Shown here piece after piece: positions 56,701 through 62,700 of a DNA stretch of 63,962 bases. Position 1 is the stretch's first letter. Every line of letters starts with the position of its first letter. This DNA comes from Candidatus Omnitrophota bacterium (GTDB lineage Bacteria > Omnitrophota > Omnitrophia > Omnitrophales > Aquincolibacteriaceae). The position numbers were made by a program, and so were the translations under genes. The stretch lies in NCBI GenBank assembly GCA_903884815.1, contig CAISGE010000065.1, forward strand, positions 1 to 63,962. The letters are read 5' to 3'. The notes under the pieces were generated by a model. That model had not been told where the DNA came from and searched no databases. It saw only the letters and a list, made by a program, of their open reading frames with translations.

Positions 56701-59700
56701 CGGTCGAGGTCCGAACCGTCCAGTTACTTGCAAGACTCGAGATCGATTGAACCCAGTCGCCCGTCAGGCCGCGCACCGTACCGTTATAAGTCTGGATCTG
56801 CATCCCGTAGTCGTAATCGCTGGAGCCGTTCACAAAGGTTTGAGCGCTGTAAGAATTGCCGTAATTGCTGATCATGTAGGTCGTATCGCCCTGACTCATA
56901 CGCAGCATCGGGTTCGGCGAATTCGCGAGGGTCGCCAAATCCTGCGGCAAATTGCTGTAGATCTCGGTCCAGTCTCCCAAGAGACCGTTGATGGTGATTT
57001 CGCCGAGCAGCCGCTCCAGCTGCGTTTCCGAGGCAGCGACGTACTCAAAATTCCCGCCCAGTTTCGAGCGGACCAGGTTCCAGTCGCCCGTGATCCCGAA
57101 ATGGTCGGTGGCAAATTGTTCCTGGCGCGTGGACCGTTCGAGACCAACCCAGTGATAGTATTTCCCGGTGCCGGCCTCGTACCGGTAATCGGTTTGGATC
57201 ACGCCCCCTTTGAGCACATTATGGTTCGCATCGATCGTGTATCCCGCTTGAGCCAGAATAGCGTCCGTGGAGATCTCTGTATCCGTGAAATCCACGTTAT
57301 ACCCGGAGATAATATAGGTCGTGCCGTCCTTTTCGATCTGACGGCTGAATTGCGAACGCTCGATTGCCTGGAAATTCGAATCCAGATTGCTGTAGGATTG
57401 CGTCCAGATTCCGGTGATTCCCCCGATGGTGAGCTCCTTATCGATCTGGAGGGAGTATTGGGTCTCTGCCGTTACATTGAAGGTCGAGTCCAGATTGCCT
57501 TTGACCTCAGTCCACTTTCCGGTCACCGTAAAGGTCGTTCCGTCGCCCCTCGTAAAAGTCCGTGTTTTGAACGATACGACCTGCGTGGAATATTTCAGGC
57601 GCGTATTAGCGGCGGCCGTGAACTGGCTGTTGTAACCGGAGATCGAATAGGTGGTGCGGCCGACGGTGAGCGTCCGGCTGTGTGTCGATCCCGAACGGGA
57701 AGTAAAGTCCGAGTTGAGGTTACTGCTCGAACGCGTCCACCCTGTGCCGACCTCTCGTATCGAACTGCTGTATTTCAGACGGTCCTTCGCAAGATTTAAG
57801 GGATCCTTCATCGCTGCGGCGCTGCTGTAACCGCTAATGGTGACCGTGAGTCCCGTCGCAAGGCCGGCGGCATTCCGGACCTCGAGGCTGCGGCTGAATT
57901 CCGAACCAACGATGGCGCCGAAATTCGCCCCCAAATTACTCCAGGTTTGCGTCCCGTTGCCGCGATAAGCGGTTCCCCGCGCCGGAGCATCGCCATAGAA
58001 GTTCGGCTTCGCCACAGAGTCAAATTCCCGGACGCTAACGCTGAACTCGAGCTGTTGGTCAGCCCCTTGTCCCGAAAAAGTGCTGTTATAGCCAGAGATG
58101 GAATAGGTCACGTCCCCGTCCGTGAAAGACTGGCTGAAGTCGGAATCCCCGGTGATCGCGAAACTCGCATCAAGGCCGCCGTAGTTGCGCGTCCACGTGC
58201 CGCTGAGCGTTCGCAGTTGGTGGGTCAGGGGGTCGATCACCTGGCGAGGCAAGTTGTCGTCGCCCAGGAGGGTCATCGGGACATCCTCCTTGATCGAACG
58301 AAGCGTCAGGTCGGGATTCGTTTCTTGAAAAGCCGCATTGAGACCCGAGGTGATATAGGTTTTCCCGGTTTCAAATCCTGACGCGTCCACAGCAGAAAAA
58401 TTAGTCGAGTATTGAGTCCAGTCAGTCACTTCAAAATTCAGCCCGAGACCGGAAGCGATCTTGGAGAGGCTCCCCTGATACGTGTGATAGCCGCTGGGAT
58501 CGACGCTCAAAGGCACTTGAACCTGCAGGCTTCCCCACTTCCGCTCGGTGACGGATAACTCCAGGTCCCCGCGCGTGTATGACGCGTCCGCGTAACCGCT
58601 GATCGAATAGGTGAATTCGGAAAGGCCGGCGCTACGGGTGAGTTGGAGCGCATAATCCGTCCGGTGACTTGCGTCGTTCAAGACGACAAATCCGGAGCCA
58701 AGATCCGTGGCCATCTTAAGCCAATCGCCGCGCATCCCTTGGTGGATCGTGTTGTGTTCCTGTTCCTGGATCGTCAGTTTGTAATCAAGCGCGGTCTTGT
58801 TAAAAATGCTGTCGTGTTTGGCGTTAATAATGAAGGTGCGACCCGTGAGAGCGCCCGCCGCGTTGCGTTCCTGCATTCGCAGCGAATAAGTCGTGGCAGG
58901 CACGGGCTCGAAACTCGCGCTCAGATTATCCCGCGTTTCGATCCAGTCCCCCTGATGCCCCTCAAAGTCGAAAAAGGCACCTCCCGGAGTAAAGCTCACC
59001 GGGTGATTCTTAGTATCACGGTGCGTGATCGCCTCTGATTGTGTCCAGGCCGTCGCGCCGTTTTCGCGGCTTGCACTACGGGTCGTCAACCCGTCGCGGG
59101 ACGTAACGCTGTAAGATTCGGACGCCAGGGTGCTCCCCGCGATCGTGGAGTTGTAGGTGCGGGTGTAACTCAGATCCTGCCCAGCCCAGGCGGGATCATT
59201 CCAGGTAACCGCCATCGGATGAGCGCTCTGAGCCACCGTCCGGTCGTCCGTCCAGGTGAAACCCTGTCCCGTCACAGATCTCAACGTATTACTGACGGAG
59301 GTCCAAATCCCGGCACCGATCGAAACAAAACTGGACCAGCTAAAAGAGGCTTCCCCGTCCGTCACTGACCGGTAGAACGTCGCTCCCGCAAAAGCCACGA
59401 GCGCGAGCACCAGCTCCGCCGTTTGCGCGGCCGTCAGATCGCCTTGCCGGGCGGTTTCGCGCGCGGCAGTTTCGGCTGAAACTTGGGTTTGGGAACGGTA
59501 AGTGAAGCGATTCGGATCTCCGGCCGCGTCATCCTGCACCGTATGCGACGTCAGACCGTCCATGGACGACCAGGAATAACTGGTCCTGCCTTCTTGGGAT
59601 TCCTGGAAAAATGCAGTTCCGGCAGAAACCGTCACGAGAGCCTGGTGGAGGCTGTCGCGCTGCTCGCCGTCAAAGATCCTGTTGAAATTGCCCGCGCTGG

Positions 59701-62700
59701 CATTAGCCGGAGTCGTCGCAAGATTTTGCTCCATCGCCGCCTGGCTCACGCGTGACTGAACGCTATAGCTTGCCGTCGCGCCATTCGGGTTCGTCAGATC
59801 CACAGAAACCGTATGCCGCGTCGAAGTATTCGGGACGGTCCAGTTGTAACTCTGGTTGGTCATGCTAGAGTTCATATAAAAGTCCGTTTGAGTCGTGTCG
59901 GCGTTAAGCGCGGCTTCGAGAAGGTCGCGCTCCGAGCTCACGGCATCCGCGGGCAAGAGCGCGAGTATCGACCTCACTTCCGCGGCGCTTGCGGTACGAC
60001 GGACGCTATAGGAGGCAGTTCCCAAGGAGCCATTGACCGATAGCGAGTGATCAAAGCGGCCGTTTTCGGTGGTCCAGGTGATCGAACGGTCGCGCCCGTT
60101 CGCGGACATAAAGAATTCTTTGCCGGCAGTGATTGCCGCAGTGAAGGCGCTCCTCTGATTGGCCGGCAGTGACACGCTATAACTTAGCGCGACGGCTTTT
60201 GTGACACGGATCTTTGCATCGAACGACGCTTCCATCACCGGCACCGTCGATCCGTCAATATAGGTCGGCGAAATACTCAGATTGAAGGAAGTCGTTTTGT
60301 CCGAACTGGTCCAGGCAAAGGAGGTCGTTTTGCCGCTCACCATCATCGTGATCTCGGTGTTCGTTCCCTGCAGGCTGACGAGGGCGGCCTTATAACTTTG
60401 CCATTGATACATATCGGCAATATAGGGCTTCCCGGCCGCAACGCGTGAGGCCACATAACGGCTGTGATCGGCTTCAAGCTGAAGCTGAGCCTGTTGCGAG
60501 GCAGGCAGGACAGCGCCATATCCGGCATAGACCGGGGCTGAGGGCAATGCGTAGTTGTTATGCGCCGCATCCACGAAAGGCGCCGAAGATTCAAGAGTGA
60601 CATTGGTTGTGCCGAGCCAGTTTTGGCCTGAGAGGATGGAGATCGTCCCGGAAGTCGGATGGGCTGATGCAATGTCAAAGATAACATTGTCCGCGATATT
60701 CGAAAGCGCGCGGTTCGTGAAAGGCGCTGCTTTCGGCACCGTGAAAGAAGCGTTGGTTTGCTCTTTGTAAAGCTGGCCAGCATTGGAAATATACCCAGCC
60801 GCAAGGCCATCCGCATTCAGAGCGTAATGGGCTGCGCGGCCGACCCAGCTAGTGGAAGCCATCAGATCACTCCCCCAGTCGACCTTCATAAATCGGTTAT
60901 TTTGAGCGAAGGTGAAACTCTTGGCCGTCGTACCGGAATTGCGAAAATTAAACGTGACGCTTCCGTCGGTCAGATTCGTATAAATCGTAAAAGTATCACT
61001 CGAATCCAGAAGCGAAGTTGCACCATCCATCGTCGCCGCTTGATAACGCGCGAGAGCATCACCCGTCAGTCCTCCGGCATAGGCCACAAAATCAGCCATG
61101 GAGATGATCGTTTCGGTCCGCGCGACGCCGGCGGTATTATCCCCCGAGAAACCGGCGGCAGTTCCCGCGGCCGTCAGTGTTCCGTCCGCATTTTTGTAGG
61201 TTGAGGGCAGATCCGCCCAAGCATAGCTGATTTGGGCGGTATGCGTTGCCGGAGCCGCGACGTCAAAACTGAAAGTGGCCGAGGAGTCTTTGTCTCTGTA
61301 AACATAACTCATGCCCCCGGTGGCCTGATTCACCCATACCGAGAAGCTGTCGCCTCCTCCGACCATTGCATTGAGAATGGTTTGTGGAATTGTGACGCCT
61401 GCGGCGGTAGCGTTATTGCGGAACTGAGCTTCCGTGAGCGCCGCCTCGATCCGATAAGCACTCCCGCTGTAGACAATGTATCCCGCATCGATTCCGGAGG
61501 TGGTGAGGCTGTAGGTCGCTGCGCCGGTTTCATAGAAGCCGATCGTTTCATCGTACCCGTAGCCGCTCACCGTAGTCCCCGCGGCGTTCGTAACGGCATG
61601 AGTCGTGGAATTCACTGTAAAACCGGCCGCCGTAATAGCATCCGCCGTAACGGGAGTTTTCACGAGCAAGTTCTGAGGGATAGTCGCCCAGTTGAAATAG
61701 GTACGAGCCACGGAAACGCTCAGGCTGTAAGTTTGCCCGGTCTGGCGGTCCGTGAAACCGTAGCGGAGATTCTCGCCGCTCCCGGTCTTTGTGAAGATGT
61801 CTTGGTCATCGATCAAAGATGCCCTCTGCGGAAGATGCGTCGTCAAATTAATGCTATATCCCGCCTGCTGGCCCGCAGAAGTCAATGCGTAGGTATCGGC
61901 AGCTCCGCCGGTTCCGGGGGTTACGGTATAGAAGCTCGCGTCAAGGTCGGCCCAGGTATAATTCCCGAGAAGGCGCTGATAGGCGGCATAGCCCGGCGAC
62001 CCCGCACCCAAATGCCCGGCAGCCGTCGTAAAATCGGTCATCGAAGAAGGCGTCACCGCCGAAAAATCCCAATCTTCCAGGCGATACACTTGGTCGCCGA
62101 CAAGAAAGAACCCATCGGTGAGCGCCGAAGCGATCAGAACATAATTCCCGGCCGTCCCTGTCCGAAGGGTGCGGTAGTAAGTGCCGGCGCCGGTGGCATC
62201 ATAACGGTAATCCGTCTGCTTCACCCCGGCCGAATTCGTCACGTCGTGCGTCGCGCTATCAATGATCAACCCGGAAGCGAGAATACCCGCCGCGGAAACG
62301 GCGATCTCCCCGGCATAGGCGACGCGGCCCGGCGACTGGCTCAGGCTATAGTTGAGACCGGTCGACGCATCGTGAAAAACATAGCTGAGCGCGTCCCCGT
62401 TCATGGTAAGAGAGAATGTATCATTCGCGTCGTTCATGTCCCCCACAAGCGAGTCGTACAGCGTACGGGAGATCGAACCCGCCGTGAGAAGGCGCTGCGC
62501 GTAAGCTTTGAAATTGTCCGCGGTCATCGGATCCGTGTACACGGGGGCGCCGGTGGTGGCGCTGAAAATATTGTGACTGATCGCGGGTGCCTGGCCGGGC
62601 TGGAGATAAATGCCGTTCGTGTTTCCATCGAATGTATTGAAGCGGACGCTCGTATTATCGTTGGCGCTTAGGATGGCGTTCGCGTAGCCGCGGATCACAT

